Below, piece after piece: positions 1-9,635 of a stretch of 64,000 nucleotides of DNA. The DNA is from an uncultured delta proteobacterium. GTDB lineage: Bacteria > Desulfobacterota > Binatia > UBA9968. Where the stretch lies: positions 64,001-128,000 of the forward strand of contig CAWDPO010000003.1 in NCBI GenBank assembly GCA_963804165.1, read 5' to 3'. Below the pieces are notes generated by a model. The model saw only the letters and a list, made by a program, of their open reading frames with translations, did no database searches and had not been told where the DNA came from. The position numbers were made by a program, and so were the translations under genes. How positions within the stretch are numbered: the stretch's first letter is position 1; each line of letters starts with the position of its first letter.

Positions 1-711
1 ATGCTCATGGACAATGGCCCGCCGTGGGTCAACGATCCGGTTTACATCTATACCGGCTTACGGTGTGGCTGCTTCGCTTGCGGATCTCGGTGAGTCATAG
101 CCGACCGTACCATCCTCAGACCATGGGTAAAGACGAACGGTTTCACGGCACGCTTAGCCGCGAGCTTCTCGCTAAACGACAATGGCAAGACATCCCCGAT
201 CTCCAAGGAGCCTTTGACCCGTTCCGCCACCAGTACAATTTCATTCGTCCCCACGACTCTTTGGGACTGCAAGTGCCGGCCTCTCGCTATCAAATGAGTT
301 TGCGCTCGTTTCCAGAGAGCTTGCCGCCCATCGAGTATGACCCGGGAGTCATGGTGCGCAGAGTGCAACAAAAAGGAGAGATCTCGTTTAAAGGGAGAAC
401 TTTGAAAGTGGGTCAAGCTTTCTCGGTTATCCGTCGGGCTTAAACCGACCTCTACCGATGGACTCTTTGATGTGGTGTTCTGTCATCACACGATTCGCCA
501 GATCAATCTGAAAGAGCTTGAGACTGCGGATCTCCGTTCTTGAATGACGATGATGAAAAACGGCTTCACTTTGGCTTATAACCAACGATCGCGATCGGGT
601 TGGACTCTGAGTATCCCTCTCCAAACCACCTCCGAGCCCAATCCGATCCACCACCATGAAAACTGTTACCTATGTCCCCGGTACGTTTGTTACCCTTGTC
701 CCCAGTCTGTA
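1..711 (+). mobile_element. IS481-family element, 3' part (frameshifted transposase to 543 plus right end)
   Basis: MLMDNGPPW...HSRPYHPQTMGKDERFHGTL...YNFIRPH integrase core with frameshifts near 55 and 425-435. Right end has two direct repeats: TGTTACCTATGTCCCCGG (664-681) and TGTTACCCTTGTCCCCAG (688-705). Confidence 0.85.
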
Positions 712-783
712 TCCCTTTTTCAAAGGGGATTTTTCTCCGTGCGATTCTCACCCCTCTTTGCCAAAGAGGGGAAGGGGAGATTT
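712..783. repeat. REP-like palindromic intergenic repeat (second copy ~28897-28961)
   Basis: CCCTTTTTCAAAGGGG and TTCTCC.TGCGATTCTCACCCCTCTTT..GCCAAAGA.GGGAAGGGGAGATTT shared with the 28.9 kb copy. Confidence 0.75.
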
Positions 784-831
784 CCGACGGAATGACGCGA
801 GAATTATGTCGCGAACTTCTGGGACAGGACA

Positions 832-1914
832 CTAGTCTCCGACGAGCTTTTTCACTCGTTCGATTACTTCCGCAGGTTGATTCATCACTCTTTCGGTAAG
901 AGCCTGGAGGTCTTCACCCGAGGCGGGTTCAATTTCCAATTTCGCTTGTTTCGCCTCGGCCACGAGTTGCGGATCTTTGAGCGCCCTTGAGTAGGCCTCA
1001 CGCAAGGTTTTCACTCGATCCGCAGGAACCACCGGAGGTGCCACCATGGGACGGCCGTATTCGTTGCCGGCGAGTATCACCTGCGCGACTCTGCGACTGA
1101 CATCGGCGGTTTTGTATCGATCCATAAGTTCTCCGAGCGTGGGAACTTCGGCCATTCTGGGATCTCTTGTATGACCGCTCTGCGCCAGGTGACGATCAAA
1201 ACCCTTTTTGTGCCATGCGATAAAAGGCTCACGGCTGAAATGGCCGGTGACGATCATGCCGCGGCAAATGACCTCGCCTTTCTCCATCGCCAGATCGATG
1301 GCATTGCCGCTTTGATAACCGACGACTAGATTGAATTTAGCTTTGAGCGTTTCCTCGAATATTTTTGCCAGCAAGTAAGTGCCGTCGGTGGACCCGGTCG
1401 CGCCGCATCTAAGAGGCTCGCTCGATTTCACAACATCGTCGAAGGATTTATAAGGCGCGTCGGAACGGACAAAAAACATCACCTCGGTTTTTTCCATGGT
1501 GCCGATCCAGTTGAATTTTCTGAGATCGAATTTGACCTCTTCGAGACCGGTGAGCTGCTGCATGTAGCGGTGCGCCTGAAACATCCCCAACGTAAGTCCG
1601 TCCGCCTTGGTCATGCCGTAGAGGTAATTCGTCGCCGCGAGCCCGCCCGCGCCCGGCATATTCTGAACGATCATATTCGGATTGCCGGCAATGTGCTTCG
1701 GCATATGCTTGGCCAATAGCCGAGCCCAGAGGTCGTAAAGACCGCCGCTGTCGCTGCCGACGACGATCCGAATCGTCTTGCCTTGGTAAAAAGACGGACT
1801 CTGCGCATAGGCAAGCCCGGCAACCCGTTCCCGATTGCCCTGAAGCAAAGGCCCGATCGAAGCGCTCCACACCGCCAGCCAAATGAGCGCAAAAAGTGGA
1901 AGTGTTTTTCTCAT
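832..1914 (-). CDS. Tripartite tricarboxylate transporter (Bug/TctC family) substrate-binding protein
   Basis: Signal peptide, FYQGKTIRIVVG..GGLYD, NMPGAGG, DGLTLG motifs. Confidence 0.9.
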   Translation of the reverse strand: MRKTLPLFALIWLAVWSASIGPLLQGNRERVAGLAYAQSPSFYQGKTIRIVVGSDSGGLYDLWARLLAKHMPKHIAGNPNMIVQNMPGAGGLAATNYLYGMTKADGLTLGMFQAHRYMQQLTGLEEVKFDLRKFNWIGTMEKTEVMFFVRSDAPYKSFDDVVKSSEPLRCGATGSTDGTYLLAKIFEETLKAKFNLVVGYQSGNAIDLAMEKGEVICRGMIVTGHFSREPFIAWHKKGFDRHLAQSGHTRDPRMAEVPTLGELMDRYKTADVSRRVAQVILAGNEYGRPMVAPPVVPADRVKTLREAYSRALKDPQLVAEAKQAKLEIEPASGEDLQALTERVMNQPAEVIERVKKLVGD

Positions 1915-2176
1915 GTGCAACTCGCCGGCGTGCCTATACGAACGCGCGCCGAACCGGGCGCCTGGCCTCTGTCAGAAACTCTCTGAACGCGGGCCTCGCC
2001 GGCTATCGTTTAGATTCCGAAGCTAAAGAGTAGTACATAAACTCCGCCGCAAAAACCAGCAACTTTAGGCAAACGAAAAACCTCGGAATCGCTTCTCTCA
2101 CGGCGGTTTGACAGGTAGAAACATAGGTGTAATGAGTTAGCCAATATCTAAACTATCTTTACAGGAGGGCGGATTG

Positions 2177-2587
2177 ATGGAAAAGGAAACAGCTTCGACG
2201 ACGAAGAGCGATCCGATTATTATCGAGCAAGCGGGCATGCGCATGACCGTCGCGCACCGACAAGGCCTCGGCGGCACCGATGAAGGGCTGACGTTCGACA
2301 TCACGACCGTGGGCTCGGAGGACGAGGGAAAAAGAATTTTGCGCTTCGATTGCTTTTACAAAAACCCCCATTATCACGTCGGCGCCTCCGGCGGCGAACA
2401 GGCGGCTCACAAGATGAAAGACGAGGGCGTGGAAGACCCGGTCCGCTGGACTTTGGATCAGCTCAAGACTCGGTTTCCCGCGATGGTCAGACAAGCCGGC
2501 TACGAGGAAATCGCCGGGAGGATCGACCAGCAAGCGATTACCGATCAGCTCACCCAGTTGGAGCGGGAAATAATCGCCAAATATTAA
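2177..2587 (+). CDS. Conserved hypothetical protein (RFDCF..PHYH motif)
   Basis: AGGAGG RBS, upstream TTGACA, protein-like composition. Confidence 0.75.
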   Translation: MEKETASTTKSDPIIIEQAGMRMTVAHRQGLGGTDEGLTFDITTVGSEDEGKRILRFDCFYKNPHYHVGASGGEQAAHKMKDEGVEDPVRWTLDQLKTRFPAMVRQAGYEEIAGRIDQQAITDQLTQLEREIIAKY

Positions 2588-2764
2588 TCGGTGTCGGGCT
2601 GCAGCGGTGAGTCGGCAGTGATTTTCAGATGAGAGGCCGCCTGGATCTAACTAGATAAACGTCGGAGAACAGACGGTCTAGCGGTTAAAAAAAACCTCTA
2701 AACGAATTCGCGCGAGCGATTGAGCGCAAGCCTGCTTGACTGACCACGTGGAGGAGATTGTTTT

Positions 2765-3175
2765 ATGAAGATCGACGGCGCGTGCCATTGCGGCTACATC
2801 ACCTACGTCGCGGAAGTCGATCCCGACAAGGCCGGGCTATGCCATTGCACGGATTGTCAGACCTTATCGGGGTCCGCCTTTCGCATGAGTGTCCCCGCGG
2901 CAAAGGATGCGTTTAGCTTGCGCAGCGGACAACCAAAGATCTATGTAAAGACCGCCGAAAGCGGCGCCAAACGCGCCCAAGCGTTCTGCCCCGAGTGCGG
3001 CACGGCGATCTATGCGGCAGCTGTAACAGACCCACAGGTATTCAATCTCCGAATAGGCACAGCGCGGCAGCGAGCCGAGCTCCGGCCAAAGTCACAAGGC
3101 TGGTGTCGATCCGCGCACGACTGGGTTATGGATCTGCAGTCCATAAAACAGTTCGACAAGCAACGGTCCGGTTAG
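2765..3175 (+). CDS. GFA/CENP-V family zinc protein
   Basis: GACHCG, CHCTDCQ, FCPECGT motifs; GGAGG RBS. Confidence 0.92.
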   Translation: MKIDGACHCGYITYVAEVDPDKAGLCHCTDCQTLSGSAFRMSVPAAKDAFSLRSGQPKIYVKTAESGAKRAQAFCPECGTAIYAAAVTDPQVFNLRIGTARQRAELRPKSQGWCRSAHDWVMDLQSIKQFDKQRSG

Positions 3176-3394
3176 ACCAAGCTGGACAAATAAAAAGAGA
3201 AAACAGTAGCAGCTTTTCTGTTGTTGGTTTTTTCTAAAACCATGCGACGAAAATAAAATAATCAAAGCCTGGAATACTACTACCTGCGCTTTTTGCGTCT
3301 GAGCCGCTCGTCAGACTGAAAGAGAGTGAAACTCTGTAAAGAATGTTAGGACATTCATGTATGCAAGCCTGACTCTAAAAGCTCCCCCCGTGTA

Positions 3395-3883
3395 TTGCTC
3401 ATTAAGCCCGACAACACTTGCCTTGAAGTCGATCGCTTTCACGACAAGTTTCTGACGTATGACGACGAAGATCTCTCGAGGTGGTTTGGCCTGGGACTCG
3501 CCGAAATTGCCGTCGATGAGTTTCTACCGCCGGTGGCATATTATCTCAGGCCGATGGACGTTGGCTGGGCCGTCGACATCCTGCGCCGCGGTGCTGATGA
3601 GTGCAAAGTAAGAGAGATCCGTAGACCAAAGCTCTATGAAGCCCTCGACTTCCTCGAGCAGTCGATCGAGCCGGCATGGCTCATCAAACGATATCGGCGC
3701 GAGCTCAGAGGGGACCGGCGAAACGATCGGGAAAAAACAGAGCTCCGCGAAGCGCTGCGGGTCGCGACCCGGGGAATTCAGCAGGCATGTATCGTTCTCC
3801 TCGTGGACAAAATGAATGAGCTCGCCGCTGGCTTCCGAGAGAACAAGGCCGGATCGATAAACTGCGCCGGCAACTCGATATAG
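3395..3883 (+). CDS. Hypothetical protein
   Basis: 162-aa ORF, no family recognised; start and 3' end uncertain. Confidence 0.45.
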   Translation: MLIKPDNTCLEVDRFHDKFLTYDDEDLSRWFGLGLAEIAVDEFLPPVAYYLRPMDVGWAVDILRRGADECKVREIRRPKLYEALDFLEQSIEPAWLIKRYRRELRGDRRNDREKTELREALRVATRGIQQACIVLLVDKMNELAAGFRENKAGSINCAGNSI

Positions 3884-4440
3884 CGCGCCGGCCGGTTCTG
3901 CGCTGACTAGCCTTCGATCTCTCGCACACGGCCGGCGATAAAGAAAAGATGGCTAGAAATCAGTCGTTTGACCGCATTCACGGCAAGGGGGCATTGCACC
4001 GGCTACGCTCGATGCTCGATGATCCAAGGTTTCGCTTACCAGCAAATCGGTAGGAGTTTTGTTTGCTTTGTGATCCTATCAGGGGACCGGTGGACCCCCC
4101 CAGAGCCGGAGCTGAGGGCAACGGTCTTCATTCAGTAGCCAATTCCGACAATTTAACCTGATCCGTTCAGCCAGCTGCGTTTTGCAGGCGTATTTGCCGT
4201 CTAGTTTAGGAGCATTACGCTCTCACGCGTTGGTCTATTTCCTCGCTAGTTCTCAGATCCTCTTTTCACAAATCACGGTACGGAGGTTGCTGAAAGTCCC
4301 CTCGCCGCGGACGGGGAAACCACAACTCGATTCTACACCTCGTCAATCTCTTACCTCCGCACTAGCTGCATTTTACTGTCAGCTAGAAAATAGGGGCGCC
4401 GTTCCGCTCGTCTTGAGCTGTTCCGCGCTGGATTGCTCCC

Positions 4441-4674
4441 ATGAAGGTTTGGATCGAAATACCGATCGATCAGTACGATCAACTGCGCCAAGCGTGTGAC
4501 GAACACTCTGACGAGTTTCGGATTCTAATGGCTGCCTGTGTCGTGAAACGCCGGACTGACGGAAAATCCCAGCGCATAGTGGAAATCCTGTGCGACACTG
4601 AGGATGTAAAAAAAATATTTGAGCTCGCAAAACGGCTTTCCCCGGATGTAGCCAAGGCGTTGGTTCTACTCTGA
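4441..4674 (+). CDS. Small hypothetical protein
   Basis: 77-aa ATG ORF with protein-like composition. Confidence 0.55.
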   Translation: MKVWIEIPIDQYDQLRQACDEHSDEFRILMAACVVKRRTDGKSQRIVEILCDTEDVKKIFELAKRLSPDVAKALVLL

Positions 4675-4898
4675 ACCGGGACATGCGGAGAGTCTTTGCC
4701 ATCGGCTGGTTCTTTTGCTTTACGACCTTCTCCTAGCCGCCGTGATCCTGGTACTGGTCCTGCTTGTATACAAGTGGACTCAGCGATGAACCTCCAGAAC
4801 CGGAGACATTGGTGCAAGCGCGGGCTTAACTCTTGTCAGTCGCCTCACCGTAATCATAGAGGGGTCGTGAAACCCAAACAAAAAGAGACTTTCGGCTT

Positions 4899-5261
4899 AT
4901 GCAGATGATTCCATATTTGGTCTGGGGGGCGAAGGCTGTCCTTGGCGTGTTGGTGACTATCGCGGGCGTCTCATCTGATAATCATGCAGTCGGTCTGGTC
5001 TTAGCTTCGGTGGGGGCAATTCTTGTTTTCCGGATGCTTGCGAAGACCCGCGTGAAAGGGACGTTCATCTGTCCGCGTTGCTCCAAACGGATCAAGCTCG
5101 GGACGGCTGAATGCCCGCATTGCAGCGCCCGTCTTATCCTCCGACTCAAGTCGACATTCTATGACCGCAGTGCGAGGGAATTTACTGGCCGACACGGTCA
5201 ATCATCGACACCGCGAGTACGGCTCGTGGGCCGACAAAGATCCGGGAGCGATCGAAGGTAG
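4899..5261 (+). CDS. Membrane protein with zinc ribbon
   Basis: Two hydrophobic segments followed by CPRC...CPHC. Confidence 0.6.
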   Translation: MQMIPYLVWGAKAVLGVLVTIAGVSSDNHAVGLVLASVGAILVFRMLAKTRVKGTFICPRCSKRIKLGTAECPHCSARLILRLKSTFYDRSAREFTGRHGQSSTPRVRLVGRQRSGSDRR

Positions 5262-5263
5262 TT

Positions 5264-6236
5264 TCATTTATCCGGCTCCCGGACGACTTCCTCGGCGCGT
5301 TTATCGTCGCGCAATCCGCTAAAGCTCCCATGCCGAAGATGACCGTCCGGAGTCCATTCGGCAAATTCGATCTGCACCACAAGCTTGAGTTTTAACCACT
5401 GGCAGTTTTTCATATCTTCCTTCGTCAGCGCCCATTGGGTTCGTTTCTTCTCTGGTAAATTGGCAAAAGGGCAGGCGTCGGTTTTCAACGGCCGCATCTT
5501 ATCCATGATCTCTCTTCGGACATGCGGAACAAAACCGGCACGCACTTTTCCCGCATAAAGCAGCTCTTTTCCACTGAAATATCCGATGATGATCGCGTCG
5601 AAGGGATTGCCCGGCGTATAGCCGCCGATCACGAACTCCTGCCCTTTGTTGATCTTGTATTTAAGCCATGCACCACTGCGCTTGCCCGACTCATAAAATG
5701 AGTCCTGGCGTTTGGCGAGGACGCCCTCGAAAGCAAGCCCTGCCGCCGCATCTATCAAATCAGTGGCGGGTGCCGAGATGGCTTGCGAAATGTCGACAAC
5801 CGACGATGCTTTCGAATACGACGCAAACCGTCGGTGAGAGCATGACGCCTTTTTAAGAGGCTCTCGTTCATCATGTTGCGGCCGGATAATACAAGAACAT
5901 CAAAAATGTAAAAGCGAATGGCGGAAGCCTGAGAGCGATGATGCTGGAGCAAATTGAATGAGATTCGCCCTTCGGAGTCGATGGCTACGATCTCGCCGTC
6001 GACGAGCGTGTCGGCCGGGAGAGCTTCACACGCTTTGGCGATCGCGGGGAATTGAGACGTGAAATCGTTGTCTCTGCGTGACCATAGGCTCACGACTCCC
6101 GCGCCTTTCCCCGCGAGGCACCGATAGCCGTCAAACTTGATTTCGTAGAGCCAGTCCTCGCCCTCAGGGAGCTTGCGACCGCGAGCGCATACATCGGCTC
6201 AATGAAGGCAAGTTTGGCCGGCGGGGACTTCGGCAT
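5264..6236 (-). pseudogene. ligD: ATP-dependent DNA ligase (LigD ligase domain), frameshifted
   Basis: FIEPM, WLYEIKFDGYR (motif I), DGEIV, FDVL, EGVLAKR, WLKYK and LRHGSF motifs spread over several frames. Confidence 0.85.
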
Positions 6237-6552
6237 TCATAAATCGTAACGGCTGCGGACTGGTGTTGCTAGGGACAGCGCACACGCGCGGATCACCTTT
6301 GTCATGATCACGCCAAATATGGCATTTAATGTCATAAAATTGACTAAATTGGCGGAATCGATTTAGCGCATTCCATAGCCTATGTCAGCAATTTTAAAGG
6401 GGATTGTGGCCAAGTGGGACGTGGCCTTGGCATTGCTCTATGCAAGCCCGAGCCTAAAACTATGTAGTGAGGACAAACCGATGACCCGTAGCAGTTGGAA
6501 CAGTTGCAATAAACCGCGCCGCTGGAAGCGTTATCAACCAGGAAGACAACGT

Positions 6553-6921
6553 ATGCAATTCCTGCATAAAACGCATCGAATAATCTCTAGCCAGTTCAAG
6601 AAAACATTGATTCTCCTGCAGCAACTAACGCTAGCAGGGATGGTGGCAGTCCTGCTGCTTCCTATGAGTGCCATTGGTCAGAGCATTCCACCACGCGAAG
6701 GCGACCTCGACACGACCTTCGGGGACAACGGCAGGGTGTTCACTGACTTTAGCGAGCGCAGCGACGGCGCGCGTGATCGGGTGGCTCCGGAGGGAGTCAC
6801 GTTCGTGACGACCAATCTGGTGATTCGCGACGCGCGGGAGTCCAGCCAAGTCGAGGCTTCGTGGAAAAAATTCGACACCAAGTATAGCGCTGACGATCAA
6901 TTGCGCTGCATCAGCACATAG
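6553..6921 (+). pseudogene. Chimeric remnant: secreted delta-60-repeat N-terminus fused to an AMDase-fold gene fragment
   Basis: Signal-like segment plus GDLDTTFGDNGRV; 6776-6878 matches 8964-9066 at 95/103 nt. Confidence 0.7.
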
Positions 6922-7559
6922 CGATGACCCGAAAAGAAGCGAGAAATCCACGCCCATTGAATGACTTCGAAACCTTCGGCATGGCCGACCGTCTGGATTT
7001 CGTCGAATGTCAAAGTCCATTTCGCTCGTTTGTCGTGAAATCGCCTGCCAAATTCGTGCATCCGATTCTTGACGGAGCCGGCGTCGAAGTAGGTAAACAT
7101 TGCCCATTTTCGGCTGACGCGCAGGACCTCCCGTAAGTGTTGCAAGCGTTGTTCGTGCTCCCTGATATGATGTGAGAGTCTCACGGAAAGCACGAACTCG
7201 AAGGCGCCGCCGGCAAATGGCAGAGCGAGAGCCGTCGCGCGCACGTAGTTTTGCGATAGCTCCAGCCCGTAACGGCGACCATGAATTCGCCGCGCGGTTG
7301 CGAGCAAGGGAAAACTCCAATCCCCCTCCACCACGGGTATTCCCAGCTCGCGAACGATCGAATACAGACGTCCGTATCCGCACGGCAGGTCGAGCGCCAA
7401 ACCGTTGCGGTCTATCGGCGAGACCGAACGGAGAAAGCGCCGGATCAAACGCTGCTCATGCCAGTTGTTGACACGTTCCGTCCAGCGGCGTTCGAATTTA
7501 TGAAGATAATCATCTGCCCCCTCCGCGCTGTTATAACGAGCGAGTATGTTTTCATCCAT
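6897..7559 (-). CDS. Class I SAM-dependent methyltransferase
   Basis: ALDLPCGYGRL motif I, ALPFAGGAFEFV, RLSHH. Confidence 0.88.
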   Translation of the reverse strand: MDENILARYNSAEGADDYLHKFERRWTERVNNWHEQRLIRRFLRSVSPIDRNGLALDLPCGYGRLYSIVRELGIPVVEGDWSFPLLATARRIHGRRYGLELSQNYVRATALALPFAGGAFEFVLSVRLSHHIREHEQRLQHLREVLRVSRKWAMFTYFDAGSVKNRMHEFGRRFHDKRAKWTLTFDEIQTVGHAEGFEVIQWAWISRFFSGHRYVLMQRN

Positions 7560-8505
7560 ATGTGATTTCCGCGAGGATCAAGAAACGGATGACTTGGCTG
7601 GCTTTCCCGATTAAGGGGCGTTTGATGTTGTTTACCCATCGCGAGATCAAAGTCCGATTCTGCTTGACGCGCATTTGCCGCCGCGCATGACGCCTGACAT
7701 TTTTCGCAGGCATGCCCAGAGGATCCGGCAAATAGGTCTGGTAAAATGACTCTATTGCCGTATTCGATAGCGAGGCAGGGACATTGGCGAAGAGAACGCC
7801 GAGATCCCTCGCTTGTGCCCAATGGACAAGCAGCCGCCACTTGAGAGTTCGAGCATAAGGAATATCGATCAAGAATAATTCATCGGCTCGATCCAGGCCA
7901 CTACGAAGCAGAATGTTTTTTGACTTAGCCGTAAACAGAAAGAAATGCGCCTGGTGCAGACGACGGAACATCCGCCCCAGTTGGGTAAAAACCTGCTCTA
8001 CTCTTTTCGCATCGATCTTTTTCTGAAGTTCTAGTTCGGTATACCACTGCGATAGATTGATCGAGTCATCGACAAATCGAGTAATGATAAAACAGGATCG
8101 CACCAAGCCGAGCGAGTCTCGCTCTACACCATAGCCAACCGCGTGCGCCGCACCTATTCCCAATCCGTTCAGATACCGAAGACTGTCAAATTCCCGCTCA
8201 GCTTTTGAAATTTGAAATCCGGTCCGAATCCGTGGCAAAAAAGGATATCTGTAGATTTTAAGAACAAAGGACGAGACCCCGTCGTAGGGCGAGCCTTGGC
8301 GCGGGCGTTGAATAATTGTGACGAGGGTTCTTCGCTCTCGCTTCAAGGAACTCCCAAGCGCATTCAAAAAAGCGCCGTAATGAGGAAACTCAGCGACTGG
8401 GAAGTAACTCGCAAACGCATCGACGATCTGGTGGCGCGAACGAGGCAACATCATCGATCCAAAGGCAGTGAAAGGATACGACAGTATCACTGCTAGGGTT
8501 TTCAT
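7552..8505 (-). CDS. Lipopolysaccharide kinase (Kdo/WaaP/InaA)-like protein
   Basis: FVLKIY, SKAEREF, FRRLH, KNILL, FLID and RDL motifs; overlaps the methyltransferase start. Confidence 0.75.
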   Translation of the reverse strand: MKTLAVILSYPFTAFGSMMLPRSRHQIVDAFASYFPVAEFPHYGAFLNALGSSLKRERRTLVTIIQRPRQGSPYDGVSSFVLKIYRYPFLPRIRTGFQISKAEREFDSLRYLNGLGIGAAHAVGYGVERDSLGLVRSCFIITRFVDDSINLSQWYTELELQKKIDAKRVEQVFTQLGRMFRRLHQAHFFLFTAKSKNILLRSGLDRADELFLIDIPYARTLKWRLLVHWAQARDLGVLFANVPASLSNTAIESFYQTYLPDPLGMPAKNVRRHARRQMRVKQNRTLISRWVNNIKRPLIGKASQVIRFLILAEITYG

Positions 8506-8593
8506 TTATCGATCACCCCGGCGGATCCTGACTATAACACACGCCATGCTACCCTGTTTACGCTAAAACCAAATGAAGTGTCAATTATATATA

Positions 8594-8700
8594 AACACGC
8601 TGTTGAAAAACGAATTCCCGTGTTTCGATTGCTGCTCAGGGTGAGCGGTTAAGCCACAAGCTGTTCGTCGTGAGACTGTCAAGTATGAACGGCGAACGCT
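8594..8700. repeat. Degenerate MITE/REP remnant
   Basis: GCTGTTGAAAAA end plus degenerate TTCGA..GCTCAGGGTGAGCGG...GTTCGTCGTGAG, related to the repeats at 10653 and 14802. Confidence 0.5.
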
Positions 8701-8816
8701 ATCTAGCTGTTACCGTCCACTCGTCATTCTACATCAGGTATCAGCAGTTTGATGACCGCACGCCGTCCGGCCCATGTTCTAATTGACAGTCTCTTTAAGC
8801 ATGCAGAACAGTTAAA

Positions 8817-8880
8817 GTTGACAGCAAGCGCATCAACGAATAATTTCGGTGCAGAAGAATTAACGTTCACACCGGCAAAA
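8817..8880 (+). promoter_or_regulatory. Sigma70 promoter/operator cassette, copy 1
   Basis: TTGACA (8818)-17 bp-TAATTT (8841), then CGGTGCAGAA-N9-TTCACACCG. Confidence 0.8.
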
Positions 8881-8890
8881 TGGAGGGGTG

Positions 8891-9622
8891 ATGTACGGAT
8901 GGCGTGCCCGCATCGGCAATATTTCACCGACGGCTTGTGCGGAGATATTGCCGTATGAGTTTTATCGGGTGGCTCCCGAGGGAGTCACTTTCGTGTCGAC
9001 CAATCTGGTGATACGCGACGCGCGGGAGTCCAGCCAGGTGGAGGCTTCGTGGCAGAAATTCGACACTGCGTTTGAAGACCTTTTGCACACGCGGGTGGAC
9101 CATATCACTCTCAGCGGCGCGCCGATGGTCTTGGCCAACGGCGTCGAGCGGCACCGGGAGCTTTTGCAGAATTTCAGAAACCGCTATCCGGTACCCGTCG
9201 GGACCAGCCCGCAGTCGTTTGCCGACGCGCTAAAATATCTCGGCGCTGTCAAGTTGGCGGTTGCGACGTCGTTCATTCCTGCTCATAACGAATTGGTGAG
9301 GGCATTCTTGGCTTCGGAAGGGTTCGAAGTGTTAGGCATCGAATCGCTGGACACGGGCATGACGTCGCTGGAAAAAGCGATGCTTTCGCCGACGCAAGTG
9401 TTTCGCCATGTGCGCGCGGTCGGGAGAAAGTATCCAGCCTGCGATGCGGTGCTGATCACCTCGTCGGCGTGGCCGACGTTGACGGTGATCCAAGCACTCG
9501 AAGACGATCTGGGCAAGCCGGTGGTGAGCAGCTCCATGGGCCAGATCTGGTGGCCGCTGAAGGAGCTCGGGATAAGAGCGGATATTAAGGGGTACGGCAA
9601 ACTTCTTGGGACGCTGTCCTGA
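8891..9622 (+). CDS. Asp/Glu racemase-fold protein (maleate isomerase/arylmalonate decarboxylase family)
   Basis: MYGWRARIG, PEGVTF, LEDDLGKPVVSS, GYGKLL. Confidence 0.88.
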   Translation: MYGWRARIGNISPTACAEILPYEFYRVAPEGVTFVSTNLVIRDARESSQVEASWQKFDTAFEDLLHTRVDHITLSGAPMVLANGVERHRELLQNFRNRYPVPVGTSPQSFADALKYLGAVKLAVATSFIPAHNELVRAFLASEGFEVLGIESLDTGMTSLEKAMLSPTQVFRHVRAVGRKYPACDAVLITSSAWPTLTVIQALEDDLGKPVVSSSMGQIWWPLKELGIRADIKGYGKLLGTLS

Positions 9623-9635
9623 TGGAGGTCGTGTC

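Noticed and set aside
1921-1985. Fifth copy of the promoter cassette upstream of the Bug/TctC gene
   Set aside because: Only weak similarity, and no TTGACA at the right spacing
6428-6444. Sigma54 promoter TGGCATTGCTCTATGC
   Set aside because: GG-to-GC spacing is 11 bp rather than 10
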